Below, piece after piece: positions 24,490-34,997 of a stretch of 64,000 bases of DNA. The stretch lies in NCBI GenBank assembly GCA_010093815.1, contig ML996577.1. One strand, written 5' to 3'. The notes beneath the pieces were generated by a model. The model saw only the letters and a list, made by a program, of their open reading frames with translations, did not search any database and was not told the origin of the DNA. This stretch comes from Pseudovirgaria hyperparasitica (taxonomy: Eukaryota). Each line of letters starts with the position of its first letter. Position 1 is the first letter of the stretch. A program made the translations under genes and the position numbers.

Positions 24490-26945
24490 ATGAAAAAGCA
24501 TTTGTTCCTCTTAGCGTTGTCCTTTCAGTTGCGACTCAGCACACAGTATCAAACCAAAGAAGAATATGACCAAGACACCGCCGGGCTCAAGAAGATTGGC
24601 ATGTGTCGCAACTGGCACAAGGCCAATAAGCATACATTCGTTGAGGAGTGCCAGCCTACATGTGGCGATGCGAAAGAGCACTCCGTCTTATGCTTTGACA
24701 TCTCAAGTGACGGTAGCACTAAGGATTGGCACACAAGCTATGACGGCGAGAAGTACACACTCGGGCACTGTAAATGCGATGTAGCGATCGCCGAAAAGAT
24801 TGTCGGACAATACGTATTGTGGTTGCCCGTGGTGGCCGAAATCGGCTGCTTCATCTTTCTCAAAACTCTTTCATGGATAGGAGAACTGGTTGTAAATGCC
24901 GCAATTGATGCGATTCCGGGTGGCGCTGCGGTCAACGGAGCATTGAAGATGGTCATACAGGCTGCTAAGACGTTCGCTTCCAACGGATTGCCAGCCGATC
25001 CATTCAAGGCGTGGATTCTGGATACGTGCGACGTAGATCCGAACGAAAAATGGGTCAAAGATATTGGAGGTATCTTCGACGCGCTGTCAGGAAGTGTTGT
25101 CCCTGGCATTGAGGGTGTCCCATGCAAAAAATGCCCTGGGGGTAAGAACGACAATCACGACATCGACAAAGACAAAGACAAAGACAGGGGTAAACCGACT
25201 GGAGGCCCTAAAGATCCTAAGCCGACACATAATGACCATGGCCAAACCTCGAGGAAGGATGAACAGCACAAACCGACACCTACGTCAGACGAACATAAGA
25301 GCGTCGCCCAGACATCGAAGGGTTCTCCCCAAAGTACTGCGAGATCCAGTAATCCCCCGAAGTCTTCGGCTGTAAGCACCGCTCAGACACCGAAGAGTTC
25401 TCTCCAAAGTACTGCGAGATCTAGTGATCCCCCGAAGTCTTCGGCTGCAAGCGATAAAATACCCTCAGATCAAGCTCGCACCAAGACCGACACCCCAGCA
25501 AGCATGACTGCTACACCAACTTCTGCTTCTGCTTGTGCACTGGGAAAGCGTGATGGGCAGAATGTCCGAGACCAGAATGTTCGTTATTTTGAAGATGGTC
25601 GTAACACGTTCTTCGACGGCTGCACACTTCATGTGACAACCACTACAAAGAAGGATTGGGGCGCCCTAACGACACCTGCGGTGACCTGTTCTGCCAGGTG
25701 GAGCCAGGCATGCTACCATTACAGATCTGTGATGAGTGTGCAAGGAGCCCTTGGTAAGACTGATTACGTGCGGTGGACTTGTGGTGCGACGGCTAGCAGC
25801 TTTGACGGAAGAGCTACTCGGTTGTATTCGACCAGCTCACTAGTAGTGAAAAAGAACGAAAATGGCGGCGTGCCCTTCTTCTCGGTCCCTGATAAACTAA
25901 ACCAGCACCACTTCGGCTGGATTGATCGCTGGGTCGAGGCTGGGTATACCACCACCAATTACGTCGGCGGCTGCGATCGCGACGAGTGGCCACCAAGAAA
26001 TTTTTGGCCAGAGAGCAAGAAGGCAAAGGAAGGTCAGTTCATTAGACTTCTCCCAGCAGGTGAAAATAGAGGTGCAGGATCAATGTGGAACGGATTTTGT
26101 AAGATGAATAGTGATTGGAAACATTGGCTTCGGAAAGATCATTTGTCGAACGAAAAGGATAACGACCGAATACGTACGACTAATTCAATGGTTGTCGAAA
26201 ATATCAAAGATGGCAGAACCAGTAAGTACTTAACACTGAATCCGCGCCGCTGCAAGGTCTAACAATCAGATCAGCAATCACTACATCGGTTGGCGTTATC
26301 GTTCCTCAACCTGTCTTTGAGATAAAACACTGGGACGGTCTCCCAGATGGCGACGGCCTCGAAAAGAATAAATGCGTACCATCTGTACTCCTCGATGACT
26401 ACGGATTTGTACTCTTAACGAATGACCCCTGGTATGACCGTCCAGAAAATGCGCATCATAAAGCTACAGTCGGCATATATGCACGACCGCCTCCTGAAAT
26501 GTTGATGGCAGGACTACAGCCGCTGAGGGATAGGATAGGAGAGAAAGAATATTGCCAAGTCAAATACGCGCAATTGCGAGACCCAACGAAACCTCAGAAG
26601 AACTGGCCAAAGGCATGCTATTATTTTGGCATTGGTCCTCCACGTCCACAAGTCAGACGAGTACACGCACGTGACATACTGCCATGGCGAAATAGTACCG
26701 ATGACATGCAAAATTTTGATGACATCTATTCCTCCGACGAAGATGAATGGGAAGATCCAGATCAATTTGAAGAGCTAGATGCAGGAGCTTGGGACTCCTA
26801 CGCGGAAGAAGAGTATCCTTATGCAAGTTCACCCGCAAGCGCACCAGCAGAAGCGACAGTTGCACCTCAGTCTTCGACTGAACTGGAGACCAAAGTCATG
26901 GCGCGGAGCCCAATCAGTCCTGGGATGCCCCAGACAACCAGCTAG
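24490..26945 (+). CDS. Secreted multidomain protein, 800 aa, with a NucA/NucB-like (betabetaalpha-Me) nuclease domain; join(24490..26221,26275..26945)
   Basis: Signal-like N-terminus, Cys-rich/hydrophobic domain, S/T/P linker, LGKR site, then RWSQACYH, DRDEWP and ENRGAGS motifs. Intron GTAAGT..CTAAC..CAG joins the 590-aa and 148-aa ORFs in frame via DGLEKNKCVP..GFVLLTNDPWY. Confidence 0.8.
25306..25452 (+). repeat. 75-bp (25-aa) in-frame tandem duplication in the linker of the secreted nuclease-like protein
   Basis: AQTSKGSPQSTARSSNPPKSSAVST / AQTPKSSLQSTARSSDPPKSSAASD; units start at 25306 and 25381. Confidence 0.9.
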
Positions 26946-27473
26946 CCATGCTTGGATAAGTTCCTCTCCTCCCATGTAACATTCGTGTTGTATTTACTAT
27001 AGTACTACTATCATATATCAATGAAACCCAATAGCACAATCGAAGGGGATACCATTGTCAAATTGTCTTTCATACTGACGCTGAATTAGACGATGAAAGA
27101 GTAAAGCCCTTTAGAACACTTCATTGCCACTAAATATAGAAAGAAAATGAATGGACCTAACTATGAGTGAAGACCCATGCCATCCCCTGAGGCGAACTTG
27201 CGCGGCGTGTTGTAAGTGATGTTCGCCTTGTGATGATACAAAATTAGTAGTGGGGCTGCGGCGCAGCGCGCTACTAACGTGATCGCCTTGAATGATATTG
27301 TTTCAAGTCGGCGCTTCAGCAAGGCAACACTTTGCTACGCCGCGGGTATTTTAAAAGAAGTAGAGCGACGTGTTATATACCAAACATTGAACGTATATAT
27401 TGAAATCCCCCTTCCAACCCCGGCTCGCTCACTTTCACTTACTCAGACTTCTCGCGAGCTTCACAAGTACATC

Positions 27474-28388
27474 ATGGAACCATCCAGTCAAGTTTATTCA
27501 CGCGCCAAAACAATCGCCGCCATAACATCGTACTATGAGTTTCTCGCCAATGTCTACCTTTTCCCAGAGTATATCAAGTACCCCCCACCCGGAGGCTGGC
27601 CTGGGATTGACCAGGACTCTCTGGGCAACCTTCACAAGACCGACGAAGTCATCGAGCTGCTTCGACACATCCCCTATATGCATGGTCGGTTGATGTACAA
27701 TACAGACTGCGTGCGCTACGACACCAAGTGGCAGCAGGACGATATCAAACGAGGCAATCTGTTCCCCGTTACACCAGACTTTCCTCTGCCAGCACATGTT
27801 GTCAGCATCATACAGGGGAACATTGGCGATTCGTACTACGTCCTATTGGACACCGAGAAAGGTGTCATCATCTGGGGTGTTCATGGCTGCCACAACCTAT
27901 CAGCTGGTCTTGACGCGCCAGTATTCAGATACGAGGATGTCACAGCTGCCGAAGAGGATCAATGGAAGCGAGAAACAATCTCCTCGCGATGTGCCTTCGA
28001 CGTCGAAGTATTTTTCGATATGCTCAAGGACAAGTTCCGCTCCTGCGAGTGGCTGCCGTTCCCGCCTTATGAAGAGGGATATCTGGAGTATGAGACTGAC
28101 GATCATAGATTTGGAGATGAGCTGAAGGAAATTTTCATAGCGGCGGGTTGGCCGGGTGATGAGAACGGCCAGGGGTGGGATAGAGATCAGGCGATGGGAG
28201 AGATCGCAGATAGACATGGAGGTGACTGGGAGAGGTTTTCTGAAGATGAGAGGGACTGGGCGGATAGTGATGACGACGACGATACCGATGACCACGAGGA
28301 GAAGGAAGAGAAGGAAGAGAAGGAAGAAAAGGAGGAGAAGGAGGAGAAGGAGGAGAAGGAGGAGAAGGAGGATGACAGAACGGCCTGA
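27474..28388 (+). CDS. Hypothetical cytosolic acidic protein (fungal YYEFL..YPPPGGWP..VIELLRHIPY family), 304 aa
   Basis: Single-exon ORF with an ATG in good context at 27474, no signal peptide, and a D/E-rich tail. Confidence 0.8.
   Translation: MEPSSQVYSRAKTIAAITSYYEFLANVYLFPEYIKYPPPGGWPGIDQDSLGNLHKTDEVIELLRHIPYMHGRLMYNTDCVRYDTKWQQDDIKRGNLFPVTPDFPLPAHVVSIIQGNIGDSYYVLLDTEKGVIIWGVHGCHNLSAGLDAPVFRYEDVTAAEEDQWKRETISSRCAFDVEVFFDMLKDKFRSCEWLPFPPYEEGYLEYETDDHRFGDELKEIFIAAGWPGDENGQGWDRDQAMGEIADRHGGDWERFSEDERDWADSDDDDDTDDHEEKEEKEEKEEKEEKEEKEEKEEKEDDRTA
28296..28370 (+). repeat. Coding 9-bp repeat (GARGARAAG)x8 encoding (EEK)8
   Basis: Read directly from the sequence. Confidence 0.95.
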
Positions 28389-28875
28389 AGGGTTGAAAGT
28401 TCTTCTATCTTCACGATGTATAATTTCTGTTCATTATGCATCGAATAAAACCATGAGGCCTGTCATGAACGAAGTGATAAGAACAAAAGGACACTGAAGA
28501 GTCAGGCAACAGACAATGACAAATAATATGCTCACAACATAAAAAGCACAGTTTAATGAGACCAAGTCTAGCAGGAATCATCATAGACTCTAGCTATGCA
28601 GCTATATAAACGGAGCGATCGAAAATATAAGCCCGCATGTATGGTATGAAACGAATGCACACTCCATTGAAATGGCACGAGGCCTAGAGGTGCACCTTGA
28701 AGCCCCATATTTCGATCTTGGAGCATAAATAGAGGAGAGAATCCATGACTTGGAAATCCTCCGAAGCAAGATGCTAGACCAAGCTTGTATGCGTATGCTC
28801 CGTGTCATCATTGTCACCATCCACACAACTGCAATAGGCTAAACATTTTTGTAATGAAGTCATATCTTCTACCTT

Positions 28876-30780
28876 TCAAGCATTACCCGCTGCCTTCAAT
28901 CGCGCAGCCTTGAATCTACTGACCGGCTTCAATGTGCCATCTTCCTTTTCTTCCACTAAGGTGCTTAAGTCGTCTTCCTCGCCGTCTGCTGGGAGAAAAC
29001 CACCCTGCCGCTGAATCATGTGGTTTCGCATCTTGTGAAACTCTGCCTCCGCTTCGCGACGTATGAGTTCAGGGTCGAGCTCATCCGGGCTAGTGATGCT
29101 AGGATTTATTGCGTCGCGCTCGATCACGGCTGCGGAAAGAATTTGTCCCTTGGGACCAGTGGGAACAGAACGCTGGCGAATTTGTTCAGATGCTTGGAAG
29201 GAGCGCCCAACTTTGATATCCTGAGATATGTCGGATCTAGGTACAGAGGGCTCTAGTTTGGCGCTGCCGCGTTCCGACTTGAAACGGGACACTCTCTTGG
29301 TTTTCGGAGGTTCGACGGTAGATACTGCTCGAGGCGCTTGACGTTCGGTAATGGCTTCGCTGAAGGTTGCTGGTATATGCTTCTTCGGTGACTGCGAGGT
29401 GATTGTAGGTGTCGGTGTGTTGTCGGTTTTCAAAGAGATATCAAGTTCTTGCGCAAATCTGACACCTTTCTTCCTAGCATCTGTTCTTGTTTCACCCATG
29501 GATGGAACGCTTGTCAGATTTTCCTTGTTTCGCACTACTAGCCTGTGTGCGGACTGATTAAGTTCCTTGTCGACCTCCAGCTCTTTCATCTCATCGTCTT
29601 GTTTAGGTCCAACGTTTTCTATCATGCGCGCATTAAGCTTTCGCTCAAGCTCTAGCATCTTTTCTCGATAGGCGTCGGTAATTACTGGTTGCGTTGTCAT
29701 CCCAAATTCATTTTCATCTTCATCCTCGGTGTCTGGCTCAAACTCATCATCATAGGATTCATCATAGGATTCATCATCGTCTTCGTCCTCGTCCTCGTAG
29801 TCGCTGCCGTTTTCTTCGAGATTAATCTCCGCCACGACGGAACCGACTTCATGAACGTACTCTAGCATCTCGCGTCTGATGGTGGCTTCATCGCGCGTGT
29901 CTGCCTGGAGCTGAATAGGCATAGAGCCGATAGGCAGGTCTTCGTCATCGAGTTCTATGATGCGGGAGGGTCCACTTGGATCGGTCATGAAAAAGCCTCG
30001 AGCAATATCAGGGTTCAATCGTCTGTTCGAAGAAGCTGATGTGGCTTCCTTAGAAGATTCAATGGTAGCAGCTTTGGTGTCCTCCGAAAATGACACGGAT
30101 TTCTTGACCGGAGCAGGTGGGTCTCCACCACTCTGATCGGCTATGGTGGGATCAGTCTCTTCAGGCTCCGTGTCTGTTGACGTCGGCGGTGGCGGACTGC
30201 TCGTATTAGTCGATTCGGTATTGGGAGCATCGTTGGCGCCTAGATTAATCCCGGCTTTATCTAAAGCTTCGACTATTTTGGAGGCCGCTTGGCTCGGAGC
30301 AGCAACGCTGCCTGAAATTACATTGCCATCATCGTCAAGCTCCTCAACAATGTCCATGATTGGTAGTCCATGCTCGTCCTGGAACTCTTGTTTGACTCCG
30401 AGAAGGCTCTGCAGTTTTTCTTCGGAGGCGCTGAGCTGTTTCGACACACTATCAACATTCTTGCGCACGTAGTCTTGCCTTCTAGTAATGATATCAGCGA
30501 TCTGACTGGAAGTCCTCTGCAGACCTTTAGCGACACCACTAAGTTCCTTGATTTCGGTTTGGTCAACTAGATCACCTCCGAACGTAACAAACACTTGCAG
30601 GATTTGCTCCTGCGAAGGATTCTTGAGAGCCTGAAACTCTTCCTTGAGAGCTTCATACTCAAAATCCCATGCCTGCCAGTGGTTCAAGGCGGTTCGGAGC
30701 TTCAAAATGCCATCTTCTAGCCGTGACCGCAGCTTCTCTAGATTCGCTAGGTCATCGCCTGGATCGATTTGCGCACTCAT
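28876..30780 (-). CDS. BUD27: Unconventional prefoldin Bud27/URI-like protein (prefoldin N-terminus, DUF3835-like C-terminus)
   Basis: LEDGILKLRTALNHWQAWDFEYEALKEE..RRQDYVRKN, an acidic middle, repeated VSRFK motifs and terminal SRFKAAR. First ATG at 30780. Confidence 0.8.
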   Translation of the reverse strand: MSAQIDPGDDLANLEKLRSRLEDGILKLRTALNHWQAWDFEYEALKEEFQALKNPSQEQILQVFVTFGGDLVDQTEIKELSGVAKGLQRTSSQIADIITRRQDYVRKNVDSVSKQLSASEEKLQSLLGVKQEFQDEHGLPIMDIVEELDDDGNVISGSVAAPSQAASKIVEALDKAGINLGANDAPNTESTNTSSPPPPTSTDTEPEETDPTIADQSGGDPPAPVKKSVSFSEDTKAATIESSKEATSASSNRRLNPDIARGFFMTDPSGPSRIIELDDEDLPIGSMPIQLQADTRDEATIRREMLEYVHEVGSVVAEINLEENGSDYEDEDEDDDESYDESYDDEFEPDTEDEDENEFGMTTQPVITDAYREKMLELERKLNARMIENVGPKQDDEMKELEVDKELNQSAHRLVVRNKENLTSVPSMGETRTDARKKGVRFAQELDISLKTDNTPTPTITSQSPKKHIPATFSEAITERQAPRAVSTVEPPKTKRVSRFKSERGSAKLEPSVPRSDISQDIKVGRSFQASEQIRQRSVPTGPKGQILSAAVIERDAINPSITSPDELDPELIRREAEAEFHKMRNHMIQRQGGFLPADGEEDDLSTLVEEKEDGTLKPVSRFKAARLKAAGNA

Positions 30781-31008
30781 TTCTCGGAACTGTTGTGCGA
30801 AGCATCCGACCAGACGAAGGTTGAAGAGTGGCGCAGAAAACTTGCGGACGCGACGGGGCACAACTGTAATGACAAAGCGCGTCAGGTCGCGGTCCAAGCT
30901 CCGAGTCTGGATCCATTAATTACTAGGTAGGTAATAGCTACCTCACTGCACACATACACATACCTAGGTAGCTGCCACTTTATCTGCTTTACAACGCACT
31001 TTGGCGCC

Positions 31009-32222
31009 ATGTCGAGGGCAGTGCAGCGCCCTGGGGGAGCAGCGCCAAAGCGCACTGAGATAACAGATGACGGTGGTGAGTTTCATTCCTACTTCGACTC
31101 CCCCGAGCTTCGAAATGTACACAAAACTGACAAGACCTCAGACATTTGTCCTGTCTGCAAATCCTCACGGTACCTTAATCCTCAGATGAAGTTTTTGGTA
31201 AACCCAGAATGCTATCACAAGATGTGCGAGTCCTGCGTGGACCGTATCTTTTCCTCTGGACCCGCCCCGTGTCCTATAGCAGGGTGCAGACGGACACTGC
31301 GCAAGGCGAAGTTTCGAGCTCAGACGTTTGAAGACGTTTTTGTTGAAAGAGAAGTTGATATAAGACGAAGGGTCGCCAAAGTGTGAGTCTGACAACTCGA
31401 CCCCGAAGAGACTACGCCCGCTAATCATGCACAACCAGATTCAACCGCTGCGAAGAAGACTTTGAAACCCTGCTCGATTATAACGACTACCTAAATGATG
31501 TTGAAGATATCACTTACAACCTGATCAATGGGATAGATGTGGAGGCATCTGAGAAAAAGTTACAGGGCTATGCGGAGGCGAACAGGCAGCTTATCGATGA
31601 TAACGAAAACAGGGCTAGAAAGGCGGCAACAACATATGCAGCCCGCCAAGCTCAGGTGAAGGAGCAATCACGCCTCAGACGAGAGGCGAATATGCGCGAA
31701 GAAGAGCGTGAACGGCAGGAAAGGCTGGAGGGTCAACGAAATATCATCAACCAGCTGGCGTCGCGCGATGGTGATGCTGAGCAGATTGTACGGGAAGGCC
31801 AAATTGGCCTCAAGAGACGGCACAAAACGGCCATCCCAGATCGTCGAAAACCGTCCGCCTCGGCCACGAAAGCGGAAGATGGAAAACTACTCTACAGGGG
31901 CCTCAAGAAGAAGACAGAAGTCGAACCAGAAAGGCCATTTTCGCCCTACGCTGGACTTAGGATTGCGAATGAATATTCCGTGGTTCAAGACCATTATGAC
32001 GCCCCGTGGCTCAGTTTCGCTTGGCAAGACGAACGATACCTGGCTGGCGGCTTCAAGATTGGAGACTTTTACAGCAGAGTGTTCAGCGAAGCGTTTGCTG
32101 GGCTGAGTGTATTCGTCGATGAGGAAGTCGCTGGTCGTAATCTCACCGGGTCGTTTTCAGCTACAGAAGGTGCAGTAGCGGCAGCTGATCAGGATGTGAA
32201 CATGAGTGATGATATATTTTGA
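31009..32222 (+). CDS. TFB3: TFIIH/CAK assembly factor Tfb3/MAT1; join(31009..31075,31142..31382,31439..32222)
   Basis: RING CPVCKSSRYLNP..ECYHKMCESCVDRIF..CPIAGC, then EREVDIRRRV..FNR.EEDF.TLLDYNDYL. Confidence 0.95.
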
Positions 32223-33350
32223 GGTATAACATTTGCGAGTTACGACTGTATAGCAACGGCTTCCCGCATTCATGATTACCAACTGCCTTGAAAAGCGCAC
32301 TCCGCGGCGTATTTGGACAAGCACAAAGAAGATAAGCGACCTGAGCGATCAAACAATGGAAAAACGGGCCTAAGGTTACAATGGAACACCCGATATGATC
32401 ATCGGTAGACTCCGAATAGTAGCCAATCTGCAAACTGGGATCTGAAATATAGGAGCTACGTTGCTTCGATATATATGATGATGAACCCTGAAACACTCCC
32501 GACGGTACCTCCAAGGGCCTTATCCGACCTGGCTAGTAACTGAGAAGGAAATACGGATGCTTATAATGCACGACGCCTCTACATGACATGGACAGAAGAA
32601 TTACTTCCTCCACCATCGCACGAGTACTGAAGTACCTTCGAATGCGGTTCTCAAGGCTCCGTATTTTACCTTGCCAATGTCGCTGCTGGTCTCAGGACTC
32701 CTTGTGTCGAGATGCAGTGATCAAATTTTACCAATTCCAGACCAGGTACTCAGCACGATATCTGGCACCACTTGGAACCCATAGCAATGAACTCATACTA
32801 TAGTCCTGTAGTGCGATCGAGCAACCAGATATTCCTCATGCTCGTTGTCCTAATACGCGACTCGAACACGGCTCCATTCTCAAGTATCAGCGAGCAGCCT
32901 TCGGAGTCTAGGTTGCTCCTTCACAAAATTTTAGTTCAGGTAGCGACGGTGGGAGTCCCACCTAAGCAACCGACTTAAAAGACGAACATGATAGCAAAAT
33001 GTTGGGACGTTCATGGCATTGTTTGAGGCTCGTCAGGAAGTCAGACAAAGTAATGCAAACAGGAACCGCCACACTTGCACCGCCCCATCACTCACTTTAA
33101 GCCATATGCAGCCCGGGACGCCACAATCTGTAGCCTTGAACTGCGGGTCATCAGAAATGACATCACCTCTTACAGCCAGTCACAGCCACAATGGTCACAA
33201 TCAATGATTAAAAGTTGGAAACTGGGAATTACCATGATATGAGCATCCGATGAGGCGGCCTAGCTGCGCTCACTGGATACTTATCCCAGCGAAAAAAGCA
33301 CTCGTTCTTTATATCTTCAATCTTTCTCCAAGTGTGGTGAAACTGTAACT

Positions 33351-34779
33351 ATGTCTGAAGTCCAGATGCTCCCGAATCGTCTTGTCAAGCGTAGACCCGT
33401 GCCTACGTATCCGGGCGGCAGCGAAGCTCCTGCTGACGCCCCTGCTGACGCCCCGGTATATCATGGGGCTGACGAGGCCATCCCGGAGCTGGAGAAGGGA
33501 AAACATTCGAAATGGCGGATGTCAAACCCCTTTGACAAGAAGACCAAGAGCAAAGAGAAGAGCAAGCGAGACTCCGTACCGACACTCCAGAGGAACCCTC
33601 ATGATTCAGCGTATTTTAGTGCCAATGACCCAGGTAGCTCTGTCTCTGAGATTGGTTCAACACCGAACCAGCAACCCGTTGGACGCATGGCGTCCCGAGA
33701 CCACCTCGTGCCTCCGAACAGGCAAAACGATGGCATATCCATCGATCGTTATGCTGACCGTTCTACATCCGATAAGTCACCATCTGAGACAGCAACTTCG
33801 GAGCCCCCACGAGCAACACAGCGCGGCACCACCAACGACCAACGTGTCCAAACGACAACCACAACCACAACCGTGACCGAAACTCGCGTTCTTGGCGGCG
33901 AAAATGCTGTAACAAATCCCGTCGTCAGCAGCGCAGACCAAGGCACGTCCAACACCACCGACATCCAGCATACCGAAACCGCACCTGTACATGTCCCCAA
34001 CCCGAATTCTCAATCCCGCCCAACATATCCCCGCGCACCGTCAGGTCCAACAATCCCATACCGCAGCCCAAATCGCGAACGAGCAGAGCTCAATGCCGTC
34101 TCAACGCCTCAGCCCCAGCTCTCAGAGACGCAGCCACAATATCCAGTCCCTCGATACTCTCAGCAGAACCAACATGGCGAAGCGCCAATCGCACCACCCG
34201 TGTCACCCTCTCGCACAAACTTCTCCTACCCGCGCCATCAAGCCACAACCTCTGGCGGTGCAAGCACCGGCATACCTGCTGGCAACCCACACCCAGCCCC
34301 TTTAACCCCGGCCTACGTCCCAGACAACAGTAAATCCGAGACGGGCTCCCGCATTGGCACTATCGCCGATCTCAAAGCAGCAGCTAGCACTCTGCATGTA
34401 TGTTCTACCCCCTAACCCCCCTTGTCCTGTCCTACGAATTTATACTGAACCCCCAACGCAGGGTGCAGGCGAGGCTCTCCGCGGCACACTGTCCAGCGCC
34501 ACCGACCGCGCGTTTCACGGGCATGACCCCGCCGTACTGGCGCAGCACGAGCAGATTATACGTGATGGGCAGCGACAGATGGCGACGGGCAGGGTCGGCA
34601 GTCAGGGCGAGGCACGCACCGGGGGTCGGATCACGGAGCGGATCAGCGGTGGTATTGGGAAGGTTGGATTGCGGGGAAGTGGAAGAGAGGGTGGACTGAC
34701 GGGGAATCCGGTGGATGCGGCTGGCGTTGGGACTGGGGATCAGGGTGGACTCGGGAGGGTTATGGAAGAGAGGCGGTAA
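33351..34779 (+). CDS. Hypothetical low-complexity protein; join(33351..34397,34462..34779)
   Basis: Long P/S/T-rich ORF. Intron GTATGT..CTGAA..CAG joins LKAAASTLH to GAGEALRGTL in frame. Confidence 0.75.
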
Positions 34780-34997
34780 ACGGGATTGAACACTTCGCAG
34801 CCAGACGGTAGCTTCGTTGTGCGATCTGGAGTCTGTGACCACTAGGAAGGCACGACGAATGACCATACACGTCGCAATCAGAGATTATCTTGAAAGAAAA
34901 GGTCATTGTTATCATTTTAAACGCCGTATAATGCCCATGTCGGATGTATATACAATACCGATCGCCAAATGCATGGCACACCATCATTTCGTTTCTT

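Noticed and set aside
27279..27473. GTG-initiated N-terminal extension of the acidic gene shown in the ORF track
   Set aside because: The region holds TATA-like and pyrimidine-rich promoter sequence; the ATG at 27474 fits the family start better.
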